From an uncultured virus (IMG/VR IMGVR_UViG_3300001605_000032) (taxonomy: Duplodnaviria; Heunggongvirae; Uroviricota; Caudoviricetes), in IMG/VR virus record IMGVR_UViG_3300001605_000032, positions 1 through 64,000 of that record: a stretch of DNA of 64,000 nucleotides; one strand, 5' to 3'. Below are positions 9,469-16,393 of the stretch, one piece after another. The position numbers were made by a program, and so were the translations under genes. Numbering within the stretch: the stretch's first letter is position 1; every line of letters begins with the position of its first letter. Below the pieces are notes generated by a model that did no database searches, was not told where the DNA came from, and was given only the letters and a program-made list of their open reading frames with translations.

Positions 9469-9539
9469 GGGCGCGTAGCTCAAAACAAGCAGAGCCCCGT
9501 GCGCGGGAGATACGGGTGCAAAGCCCGTCGCGTCCACCA
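9469..9539 (+). ncRNA. tRNA-Ala-like RNA with truncated anticodon arm
   Basis: Acceptor GGGCGCG/CGCGTCC plus ACCA with G3.U70 and A73; D stem GCTC/GAGC; T stem ACGGG/CCCGT; anticodon arm only CCCG-TGCG-CGGG. Confidence 0.7.
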
Positions 9540-9564
9540 TGTCGACTTTTAAGTAAACCACCGC

Positions 9565-9592
9565 AACGCGCATCGCAAGGTGCGCGTTTTTT
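9565..9592 (+). terminator. Rho-independent terminator ending the int/tRNA-like transcript
   Basis: AACGCGCATC-GCAA-GGTGCGCGTT followed by TTTT. Confidence 0.8.
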
Positions 9593-9631
9593 ATTTGTCA
9601 ATTGAGCAGACTGTCGCAGCTTACCGAGATC

Positions 9632-9876
9632 GACTTGCACGTTGACTTGCACGTTGTGCCACGTCCATTCGTGGTGCGTTCATGTCACGTCCGCGACTAC
9701 TCCTGTCCATCTTCAATAAAAAACCCAACGAAATCAATTCTATGTATGGTGTAGCCTTCGGTTTTCAAGACCGGTGCCTTAAACCACTCGGCCACCCATC
9801 CAGTCGTGTATTTTCAAGCACTTACGACAATGCACGCGTCGTGCCTGATGTCTAGTAACACGTCTATTTGCACGTC
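9632..9876. other. attP region with putative integrase arm-type repeats
   Basis: Tandem GACTTGCACGTT x2 (9632-9655) on the left and TAACACGTC/TTGCACGTC (about 9856-9876) on the right of the tRNA-homologous core; IHF-like TTTCAAGCACTTA near 9812. Confidence 0.75.
9759..9801 (-). other. att core: 5' half of tRNA-Ser(UGA)
   Basis: The minus strand reads GGATGGGTGGCCGAGTGGTTTAAGGCACCGGTCTTGAAAACCG and then stops resembling tRNA (no variable arm, T arm or 3' acceptor strand). Confidence 0.85.
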
Positions 9877-10245
9877 AGCCACACTGTATCACAAGCAACC
9901 CTAGATTTGTTCAGCCTCCTAGTCCGTCTTTAGTGTTGAGTAGTCCGGCTCGTATCCGTCTTCGGGCTTGAGCCATATGCAAACGTCGCGAACACCGATA
10001 TTGAACCGCCGACTGTCGATCTCAAACTCAACATCGCCGACGACGTATCTCCCGAACGGTTTGAGCCAGACCTTATCGCCAACGCGCGGAATGTGGTCGA
10101 GAGCGACGCATGCGATCGGCGCTTCACCGTCGCGGGCTTCGGTAGTGTCTCAGTTTGAAATCTGAGACATGCTTATGTCGGTTGACAGCGGGTGCAGGCG
10201 GGGCCATCTCCATGCTATGCTTAGCGCAAAGCAGGAGCAGTAATC

Positions 10246-10458
10246 ATGACATACAGAATTCAATTCTGCACCGATCCATGTCCGCAGTACCCCACCATAC
10301 TTGCGACTGAACTTGCCCCAACCAAAGAAGAAGCCGAGATGAAGGCCCGCGCTGGTTTTGATGATGCGAAGCAGAAGTTAGGCGCTGGCGGATGGCGCAT
10401 TATCGATTTGCTGGATCGACCCGTTGCGATGTGGATGGAGGGCGTCAGCGATGCCTAA
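10246..10458 (+). CDS. IS passenger hypothetical protein
   Basis: AGGAG RBS; 70 aa; overlaps the next gene. Confidence 0.65.
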   Translation: MTYRIQFCTDPCPQYPTILATELAPTKEEAEMKARAGFDDAKQKLGAGGWRIIDLLDRPVAMWMEGVSDA

Positions 10459-10681
10459 AGGCCCCAAGGGCGAGAAGCGCCCAGCCGACGTTGTCGCGAA
10501 CGCCGTGAAGGTGATGAAGATCGCCACGGGTGAGGAAGAAGACGAGAAGACTGACGACGGCAAGGATAAGGCCGCCGTCAGTCTAGGTAGGCGTGGAGGT
10601 CAGGCTAGAGCTGAAAAGATGAGCCCGGAAAGACGGGCTCAGATCGCCAAGAACGCGGCGGCCAAGCGGTGGAAAAAGTAG
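10451..10681 (+). CDS. small basic IS-associated protein (probable nucleic-acid binding)
   Basis: MPKGPKGEKRPADVVANAVKVMKIATGE...AAVSLGRRGGQARA...AAAKRW, a family I recall occurring beside this type of transposase. Confidence 0.8.
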   Translation: MPKGPKGEKRPADVVANAVKVMKIATGEEEDEKTDDGKDKAAVSLGRRGGQARAEKMSPERRAQIAKNAAAKRWKK

Positions 10682-10773
10682 GGACCAAACCTGACACCGC
10701 AAAACACGTCTTGCCATTCACATCATGATAGGTTAACCATCCGTCTACTGCAGCGGTTGACGGATGCCATGCC

Positions 10774-11232
10774 ATGGATCGACGCAACAACGATCTAGAC
10801 ATCGAAATGCTCCAGCTGGACGAGCGTAAGCTCAGGGAGATCGACGCTGAGCTTGCTCCAAAACTTGCGGAGCGTGCCGTTGTAGAGAAACGGGTGGCGT
10901 TACGACGCGAACTGTTGGCCTTGAGTGATGGCCAGCCTGACGACGTCAGCCTTTCGACGCCGACTCAGGCGGGGCTCGACAATACCCAGCAACACAGCAT
11001 CACGCTGGTTGAAGCTGTTCCCAAAGTCCTTCGCGACCACGGCCCGTTGAAGCCATCAGAGATCCGGTCTCGGCTGTCCTCGGTTGGCTTCACACAATCC
11101 TACAACGACAACTATTTTTACACGGTCATCAGCCGCTTGAGCAAATCCGGCGCGATTATTCGCACGCCAGACAAGAAGCTTGCCGTGCCAACACCTCAGG
11201 AAGCATCGTCATCAAACGAGGCGATGCACTGA
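10774..11232 (+). CDS. IS passenger: coiled coil plus putative winged-helix domain
   Basis: 152 aa; N-terminal coiled coil, then VLRDHGPLKPSEIRSRL...FYTVISRLSKSGAI. Confidence 0.65.
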   Translation: MDRRNNDLDIEMLQLDERKLREIDAELAPKLAERAVVEKRVALRRELLALSDGQPDDVSLSTPTQAGLDNTQQHSITLVEAVPKVLRDHGPLKPSEIRSRLSSVGFTQSYNDNYFYTVISRLSKSGAIIRTPDKKLAVPTPQEASSSNEAMH

Positions 11233-11241
11233 GCCAAAAAC

Positions 11242-11288
11242 AAAATCGCAGGCGACACCCACCGCAAAATGGATCGCCTGCGATTTTT
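11242..11288. terminator. 14-bp hairpin, possibly a bidirectional terminator
   Basis: AAAATCGCAGGCGA...TCGCCTGCGATTTT. Confidence 0.55.
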
Positions 11289-11538
11289 CCGAGCACCTGC
11301 CTAGCCAGCGGGTGGAACCGAGTGAGGCCCGTGGACCCGTGGCCGGGGGGTGGTACATGAGATAGTAGCACAGTTTCGCTGACAGTGAAGACCTAGGGTG
11401 GCGCCCGAGCGTCTTCCTGTGCAGCATCCGCCAATAATCGAACCGTGTTGCCGCCAGGGCTCACTAAGGGTCGTGGTCGTCTTGTCATGTGATCATATCA
11501 TGCTTGACGCTAAGCATAAAAGTTCATATATAGGAGCT

Positions 11539-11600
11539 GTGAACAAGCTCCCCAAAGCCAAGCGCGCACAGATCCTCTCGCTGCTCTGCGAGGGATCGTC
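11539..11600 (+). pseudogene. N-terminal stub of an IS1-like DDE transposase
   Basis: TAGGAG RBS then MNKLPKAKRAQILSLLCEGSS, recognisable as the start of this transposase family; the rest is missing. Confidence 0.75.
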
Positions 11601-11618
11601 AGTGAACTATCGGCGCTT

Positions 11619-12101
11619 ATGTCGTCTCTCAAGGGAGCCAAGGATATTGCGGAGACGATGATAGGTCTGCGGGACGCTGCCGCCCTTCAAGCCAAGTCCA
11701 TCGAATTTCAGTCCAAGATCCTTGACGCTCAGTCGCGCGCGTTCGCGGCTCAAGAGGAACGCACGTCGCTCGTTGAGCAAGTACGCGAGATTGAAAAAGA
11801 AGTTGCTCGCCTGAAAGATTGGAGCAGTGAGAAGCAACGCTACGAACTGAAGGAGCTTGGGAATGGGACGTTGGCTTACGCGGTGAAGGAAGCCATGCGC
11901 GGCTCCGAACCACCTCATTGGATATGTGCAAATTGCTACGAGGACGGCAAGAAGTCGTTGCTTCAGCCAGAGACCAGATTTCCCGGTCGGACGACTGTAT
12001 ATGTGTGTCATGGCTGCAGCGCGGAACTGATAGCATCAGGAGGCAGGGAGGTGGGCACACCAAGACAAACCCACGCCATTACCAAGAGCCTAGACAAGTA
12101 A
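11619..12101 (+). CDS. IS passenger: coiled coil plus zinc-ribbon protein (5' end probably clipped by the deletion)
   Basis: SSLKGAKDIAETMIGLRD, HWICANCYEDGKKSLLQ and CHGC; the frame is open upstream (VSELSAL) to about 11598. Confidence 0.7.
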   Translation: MSSLKGAKDIAETMIGLRDAAALQAKSIEFQSKILDAQSRAFAAQEERTSLVEQVREIEKEVARLKDWSSEKQRYELKELGNGTLAYAVKEAMRGSEPPHWICANCYEDGKKSLLQPETRFPGRTTVYVCHGCSAELIASGGREVGTPRQTHAITKSLDK

Positions 12102-12200
12102 ATTTCAAACTGAGACACTACCCGGGCTTCATCTTCGTTGCCCGTTCCGTCGTAGAACTCAACCTTGGCCACCATCGCCCGCCGTTCCTATGTAGTGTTG

Positions 12201-12306
12201 GTGCCTTAGACCGACCCTCGCGGGCGTGTCGCCGGACTTTGCGACATCATTGCTCGGTCTCTGCACACACCGCTGTCAGCCGTGCATGGGCCTCTGGCGG
12301 CGATCT
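12201..12306. ncRNA. candidate structured non-coding cassette
   Basis: No credible ORF; nested stems AGACCGA/TCGGTCT, TGTCGC/GCGACA, CCC-TCGC-GGG and TGCAC/GTGCA. Confidence 0.4.
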
Positions 12307-12309
12307 CTC

Positions 12310-12459
12310 CTATTTTGCTTTCGTCAGTGCGCTAGCTACCCACACAACAAGACACGGAATTAATACGCACAAAACAGTATAGCAAACGATTACCAGCCAA
12401 ATGCGCAGCGACAGCGGCACCGCTTGATAACGCAAGATCGCGTCGACCCAGGTTGGCAT
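12310..12459 (-). CDS. cassette gene: 49-aa membrane protein
   Basis: AAGGAG RBS; MPTWVDAILRY...IWLVIVCYTVLCVLIPCLVVWVA. Confidence 0.65.
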   Translation of the reverse strand: MPTWVDAILRYQAVPLSLRIWLVIVCYTVLCVLIPCLVVWVASALTKAK

Positions 12460-12473
12460 CAGCCGCTCCTTTG

Positions 12474-12731
12474 TCACTCGCGCTCGCCGAGACGGCGCAG
12501 CGCTGAATCTCGAATTGGCGTTCCGACCAAAAACGGTTGATCGACAGAGACGCCAGTGTTGCCCGCCCACGACAGTTCGCGCTTGTCGTGGTGCAGATAG
12601 ACCACCGCGCCGAGCAGTTCACCGATCGGCTCCGGCACCGCTAGCACGGCGTCGATACCGGCCAACAGCTCGTCCAGTGTTGGCTCTGTCGGCGTGAGCG
12701 CCGGATCGGTGCACGTCATTGGCTCGCGCAT
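12474..12731 (-). CDS. cassette gene, hypothetical
   Basis: GAGGAG RBS; 85 aa. Confidence 0.65.
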   Translation of the reverse strand: MREPMTCTDPALTPTEPTLDELLAGIDAVLAVPEPIGELLGAVVYLHHDKRELSWAGNTGVSVDQPFLVGTPIRDSALRRLGERE

Positions 12732-12741
12732 CTGCCTCTCC

Positions 12742-13044
12742 TCATGTGGCGGTTGGCTTTGCCGACGCCGCCATGCCTACGAGAAACGGCATGGCCATGT
12801 TCGGCGTAATCTCAAGCGGCATCCAGAGTCGGATGCGCTGCGTGGTGCCGTCGTCGTCGAGATACGAAAAATGGTGCAGCTTGTAGTGCTCCAACTGAAG
12901 CGCCGTTGTCGCCGATAGTTCCAAGCCATCAGCCGTGATCATCGTTGCAAGTTTGACCGGCGTCGGTACTACCAGCTGCGGCCCAACTTTGTCGGGGTCG
13001 AACATCCGACCATGCCCCCAACCGCCGATGACTGTCCCGTCCAT
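12742..13044 (-). CDS. cassette gene, hypothetical
   Basis: 100 aa; tightly packed with neighbours. Confidence 0.65.
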   Translation of the reverse strand: MDGTVIGGWGHGRMFDPDKVGPQLVVPTPVKLATMITADGLELSATTALQLEHYKLHHFSYLDDDGTTQRIRLWMPLEITPNMAMPFLVGMAASAKPTAT

Positions 13045-13050
13045 CTTCCT

Positions 13051-13323
13051 CTACCTTTCCGCTTTGTCGATCTTGCGCGCCGCTTCCTGAATACGTTCTT
13101 CAAGAAGGCGACCAAGCGAGTCTAAGAACAGACGCGCGCCATCATTCGGTTCTAGATCACCGCCATAAGCAAACCGTCCATCGATCAGATCAAGCCACAT
13201 TGCCTTTCCGTCGCGAGTTAACACGATCCATCGCGGCGTTACGACATTGGTCAACAGCGATGCACTATGCGACTTTGCACATTTGCACTCGTGCTCCGGC
13301 GCCAGCCCCTTGCAGCATTCCAT
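13051..13323 (-). CDS. cassette gene, hypothetical with Cys-rich N-terminus
   Basis: TAGGAG RBS; 90 aa. Confidence 0.65.
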   Translation of the reverse strand: MECCKGLAPEHECKCAKSHSASLLTNVVTPRWIVLTRDGKAMWLDLIDGRFAYGGDLEPNDGARLFLDSLGRLLEERIQEAARKIDKAER

Positions 13324-13334
13324 CAGCCAGCCTC

Positions 13335-13613
13335 CTATGTAGTCTTGATCTCGTTGCCGTTACGATCAAACCGCATCCCATGGCTTGATTGGGAGAGGTT
13401 GATTGCAGCATTGAGCGCGTTGCTAATGCTCATGAACCGACCCCGTAGCCACCCATCATGACCACTGCCCAATGTTGCGGCCACGTGGGCTGTTTGGTTC
13501 ATGATTTTTGCTAGACGTAGATTGTCCGCCTCGAGTTCAGCAATGCGCTGGTCCTTCTCTGCCAGCGCCGCTTCGAGTTCGGCGGCCATCAAACGACCGT
13601 CGCGCATCGTCAT
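13335..13613 (-). CDS. cassette gene, coiled-coil protein
   Basis: AGGGAG RBS; LAEKDQRIAELEADNLRL. Confidence 0.65.
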   Translation of the reverse strand: MTMRDGRLMAAELEAALAEKDQRIAELEADNLRLAKIMNQTAHVAATLGSGHDGWLRGRFMSISNALNAAINLSQSSHGMRFDRNGNEIKTT

Positions 13614-13638
13614 CTCCCTCATCGTCTTGCTGTGGTGT

Positions 13639-14091
13639 TCAGTCGCTGTCGTCTTCTTCAAACTTGGACAGGTCCGCCGTCCACTTCGCAATCTTCCCGT
13701 CGCCGTCGATCTCCATGATCACGTAGTCGCCATAGCCCTCGCCTTCCGGGCACATGATCGGGGGCACATACCCGTCGATTGCCTTGACGACGTTGCGATC
13801 AGCATCCAGCAATTCATAGTCGCCGTCGTCGCAACATTTGTAGTGGATGCTGGCAGTTGTCCCCTTCGGCCAGTTCTCAATGATGCCCGTGTCGAGGTCG
13901 ATCGTCGGGCACCAGTTGCCGCCGCCAAGATGGTCGTTATCGGCAGCCGTTCCCTCGCGCAGCGGAATGCGTGATCCGTCCGTGTCTTCCTCGCCGTTGA
14001 CAGTCGCGTCTTCCCAATAGCGCACGCCGCAACGTGCGCGGATGTACTTCACCGGGATTGACTTCGTTTCCTTCAGGCGTAGCGCGTGCAT
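13639..14091 (-). CDS. cassette gene, conserved-looking acidic phage protein
   Basis: GVRYWEDATVNG...WCPTIDLDTGII.NWP...GYGDYVIMEIDGDGKI; 150 aa. Confidence 0.75.
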   Translation of the reverse strand: MHALRLKETKSIPVKYIRARCGVRYWEDATVNGEEDTDGSRIPLREGTAADNDHLGGGNWCPTIDLDTGIIENWPKGTTASIHYKCCDDGDYELLDADRNVVKAIDGYVPPIMCPEGEGYGDYVIMEIDGDGKIAKWTADLSKFEEDDSD

Positions 14092-14110
14092 CGTCCTCTC
14101 CAATACCGTC

Positions 14111-14386
14111 TTAGGCCGCCGCAGCGGCAGGCGCGTGAGCGAGTATGGTTTCCAGCGACACGCCGTTGCGGGTTTCATCCTCGCGGATCATGTCGCGGCT
14201 GACTGGCTCGTCGTAGAAGTAATGGATGCGGCGGCAGCCGCAGCGCACCTGCACGATGCGGCCTCGCTTTGCCGTGCAGTATCGTAACTCAATCGGATCA
14301 TCCAGCGATGCAATGTCTTGCACCACGTCAGCTTCCAAGCTGGCGCCGGTATCGCTGTCGTAAAGGTCCATGCTTCGATCTGCCAT
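14111..14386 (-). CDS. cassette gene, hypothetical
   Basis: AGGGAG RBS; starts MADRSMDLYDS; 91 aa. Confidence 0.6.
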   Translation of the reverse strand: MADRSMDLYDSDTGASLEADVVQDIASLDDPIELRYCTAKRGRIVQVRCGCRRIHYFYDEPVSRDMIREDETRNGVSLETILAHAPAAAAA

Positions 14387-14396
14387 GACTTCTCCC

Positions 14397-14567
14397 TCAC
14401 CGTTTTGATAGGCCGAGCCGGGCCGCCACCATCTTCGCGATAGTGAGTGGAGCGACCCATCCTTCGTCAAGCAGCGCCGTCACGTGCGCATCGATCTCCG
14501 GCGCGTCCACGGCGTCGGGCAAACCTAGCGCACGCCGAACCGACAGGCGTATTTGATCCCTGGTCAA
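14397..14567 (-). CDS. cassette gene, 56-aa hypothetical (TTG start)
   Basis: Translated by hand as MTRDQIRLSVRRALGL...RLGLSKR*; exactly fills the space between two junctions. Confidence 0.6.
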   Translation of the reverse strand: MTRDQIRLSVRRALGLPDAVDAPEIDAHVTALLDEGWVAPLTIAKMVAARLGLSKR

Positions 14568-14576
14568 CGAGTGCTC

Positions 14577-14810
14577 CTATCTTGCTGAACGTCTATTGTC
14601 GCGACGGATCACATACTCCGCCAGCTTGCGAGCGCGTTTCGCGCTACTGAATGGCGGATGTTCGTTGCGATCGCGAAGCGCGTTCATGAACCCCCAGCGA
14701 TACGACAGGCTGCGGTTCGACGACGGACGCGGCGCACTCCGATCATAGCCGTCCATAAACCCCTGCGTCATCTCGCGCTCTGCGAAAGACATGCGATCAA
14801 GCCAGTCCAT
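14577..14810 (-). CDS. cassette gene, hypothetical
   Basis: TAGGAG RBS; EMTQGFMDGYD...NRSLSYRWGFMN. Confidence 0.65.
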   Translation of the reverse strand: MDWLDRMSFAEREMTQGFMDGYDRSAPRPSSNRSLSYRWGFMNALRDRNEHPPFSSAKRARKLAEYVIRRDNRRSAR

Positions 14811-14819
14811 CGGTTCCTC

Positions 14820-14996
14820 CTATCTTGCAATTGAACGTGGCAGTCGCGCTGCATACCGCTCATTTGCCAAGCGCGCTCTTTCGTAGGCGCGATCCCTGCG
14901 CTGACAAATCGTGACAGGCCTGCGCAGACGAGACGGCCTCATGATTTTTACGATCCCGATCACCTTGAGCGCGTTCCACTTTGGTCGGCTGCGCAT
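14820..14996 (-). CDS. cassette gene, 58-aa Arg-rich peptide
   Basis: Translated by hand as MRSRPKWNALKVIG...RSIAR*; fills the space between junctions. Confidence 0.55.
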   Translation of the reverse strand: MRSRPKWNALKVIGIVKIMRPSRLRRPVTICQRRDRAYERARLANERYAARLPRSIAR

Positions 14997-15005
14997 TTTC
15001 CGCTC

Positions 15006-15263
15006 CTATGGATTCTTAGGCAACGGCAGCGGTGCGTAGTGACACTCCCGACGAAACGCTCGCCGCTTCGGATTGTCGTTCTCGTCAACCGCGTCGCCGT
15101 AGTCGATCATCGTTTGGCGAAGCTGCATCGCCTCGGCGTATGGCTTGGCGCCGAACGCGCAGCGGATCAAAATCCAAATGCCGTGCATCACCAGCGTCTC
15201 GAACATGCGCTGCCGGAATGCAGGCTTCTCCTGGATGTTGGCGTGCCACAAGCTATCAGCCAT
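15006..15263 (-). CDS. cassette gene, hypothetical
   Basis: TTGGAG RBS; starts MADSLWHANIQ; 85 aa. Confidence 0.6.
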   Translation of the reverse strand: MADSLWHANIQEKPAFRQRMFETLVMHGIWILIRCAFGAKPYAEAMQLRQTMIDYGDAVDENDNPKRRAFRRECHYAPLPLPKNP

Positions 15264-15282
15264 CGTCCGCTCCAATCCCGTC

Positions 15283-15608
15283 TTACGTGCTGAGCATAGC
15301 GCGGGTTCGCGCCAGCGTGTCGAGACACCCGTAGCCGGCCACGATGGCCAATTCTTCGAACTTTCGGCGCCGCTGCTCGGCTTGGGCGGCGAGGTGGTTG
15401 ATCGCCCGTATGGCCCCGTCTGCGCGGTAGTAGTCAGGGCCGATTCGCCCGTCATCGCTACGTCGCGGTCGGTCGCAGTCGTTGGACGTTCGCGCTCGTG
15501 CTTCCAGGCAGTGAGATCGCCACGGATAAAAATTGCGGACGAGCGGTAATGCTCGACCATCTGCGTGTAGTGCTCGACGTAGCGCCGAGCGGTCCATTCG
15601 TCGCTCAT
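15283..15608 (-). pseudogene. cassette gene with apparent frameshift
   Basis: The start frame (MSDEWTARRY...) differs from the frame ending at the junction TAA (...DGRIGPDYYRADG...AMLST*); the shift is near 15450. Confidence 0.5.
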
Positions 15609-15619
15609 CCCTGCCTCCC

Positions 15620-15853
15620 TCAGATTCTTGCCATGGCCTTTGCCCGTCGGAGGTGGCGCCTATAGCCATTCGACGGGCGACGGTACGTCGTTATTGAAAA
15701 CCGAGACTGGTCAAACACCAGATCCACGTGATGGCGAACGGCGTTTGGCGACCCGATCAGAAACAGCCGCTCGCCTGAGCGCATACGATGGCCCGGCATC
15801 GTTACAACCGTGAGATCGGAACCAGCTCGGGCTAGATCAACCGCTATAATCAC
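15620..15853 (-). CDS. cassette gene, hypothetical
   Basis: MIIAVDLARAGSDLTVV...SNGYRRHLRRAKA. Confidence 0.65.
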   Translation of the reverse strand: MIIAVDLARAGSDLTVVTMPGHRMRSGERLFLIGSPNAVRHHVDLVFDQSRFSITTYRRPSNGYRRHLRRAKAMARI

Positions 15854-15871
15854 GAGCGCTCCATTCCCGTC

Positions 15872-16132
15872 TTATCTGTTGAACTTTGCAGCGGACGGCT
15901 TGTGCCCGGCGCGGGTTGCCCTCTTGCGGAACTCGTACACGGCAGAACGCAGACCCGACCATGCGTCAGACACCATATCCGGGTGGATGTGATGCCGCCC
16001 ACCGTTCTCGACCTGATCGCGGTACTTGTCCGACACATCAAGGTAGTGGTCGGCTGCAACCGCCATGTACTCGCCGAACTCGATGGCGTAGTCGGCATCG
16101 GTGCGGGGCTTTGGGTTATCTGTATATGCCAT
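15872..16132 (-). CDS. cassette gene, hypothetical
   Basis: GGGAGG RBS; DYAIEFGEYMA...LRSAVYEFRKRA. Confidence 0.7.
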   Translation of the reverse strand: MAYTDNPKPRTDADYAIEFGEYMAVAADHYLDVSDKYRDQVENGGRHHIHPDMVSDAWSGLRSAVYEFRKRATRAGHKPSAAKFNR

Positions 16133-16144
16133 CCATCCTCCCTC

Positions 16145-16384
16145 TCAGTCTTTGCTGACAAGCGCGCGGCGCTCGTCCGTCATTTCAGCCGAGACCATGT
16201 CGGCCCACTCTTGCTCGTTGCCGGCATTGTCAGCCGCAAGAAAGATGGCGGACAGTGCTGCCTGAAGCATCAGGATGCGGTCAATAGCATCTGCGGCTGT
16301 GCGCTCGTAATCTTTCATGTGCTCGCGCGTTGCGTTGCCCATGAGGCCGCGCAGTCGCTCCACAACCGGGTAATCGTTTGTCAC
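16145..16384 (-). CDS. first cassette gene after the recombinase, hypothetical
   Basis: TAGGAG stop/RBS overlap; VVERLR...AADAIDRI. Confidence 0.65.
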   Translation of the reverse strand: MTNDYPVVERLRGLMGNATREHMKDYERTAADAIDRILMLQAALSAIFLAADNAGNEQEWADMVSAEMTDERRALVSKD

Positions 16385-16393
16385 GTTCCGCTC

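Larger units (their letters stand above)
10217..11517. promoter_or_regulatory. two related palindromic operators inside the IS
   Basis: ATGCTTAGCGCAAAGCAG (10217-10234) and ATGCTTGACGCTAAGCAT (11500-11517), each just upstream of an RBS and start codon. Confidence 0.6.
10141..12122 (+). mobile_element. non-autonomous IS1-like insertion sequence with passenger genes
   Basis: Perfect 21-bp TIRs GGTAGTGTCTCAGTTTGAAAT (10141-10161 and 12102-12122); 8-bp TSD CGGGCTTC (10133-10140 and 12123-12130); only a transposase stub remains. Confidence 0.9.
9919..12175 (-). pseudogene. 88-aa cassette gene interrupted by the IS element
   Basis: Removing 10141-12122 plus one TSD copy restores an intact ORF, MVAKVEFYDGTGNEDEARDGEAPIACVALDHIPRVGDKVW...YSTLKTD*. 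Confidence 0.85.

Noticed and set aside
9469..9539. tmRNA gene or standard tRNA-Ala
   Set aside because: There is no tag ORF or pseudoknot region, it has a paired D stem, and the 4-nt loop cannot be a canonical anticodon loop.
9759..9801. Functional tRNA-Ser gene
   Set aside because: It lacks the variable arm, T arm and 3' acceptor strand; interpreted as the att core.
12464..13060. Junctions near 12470, 12740 and 13050 as copies of the cassette motif
   Set aside because: They have RBSs but no convincing AAGAC element, so they were not counted as motif hits; they may be internal to multi-gene cassettes.
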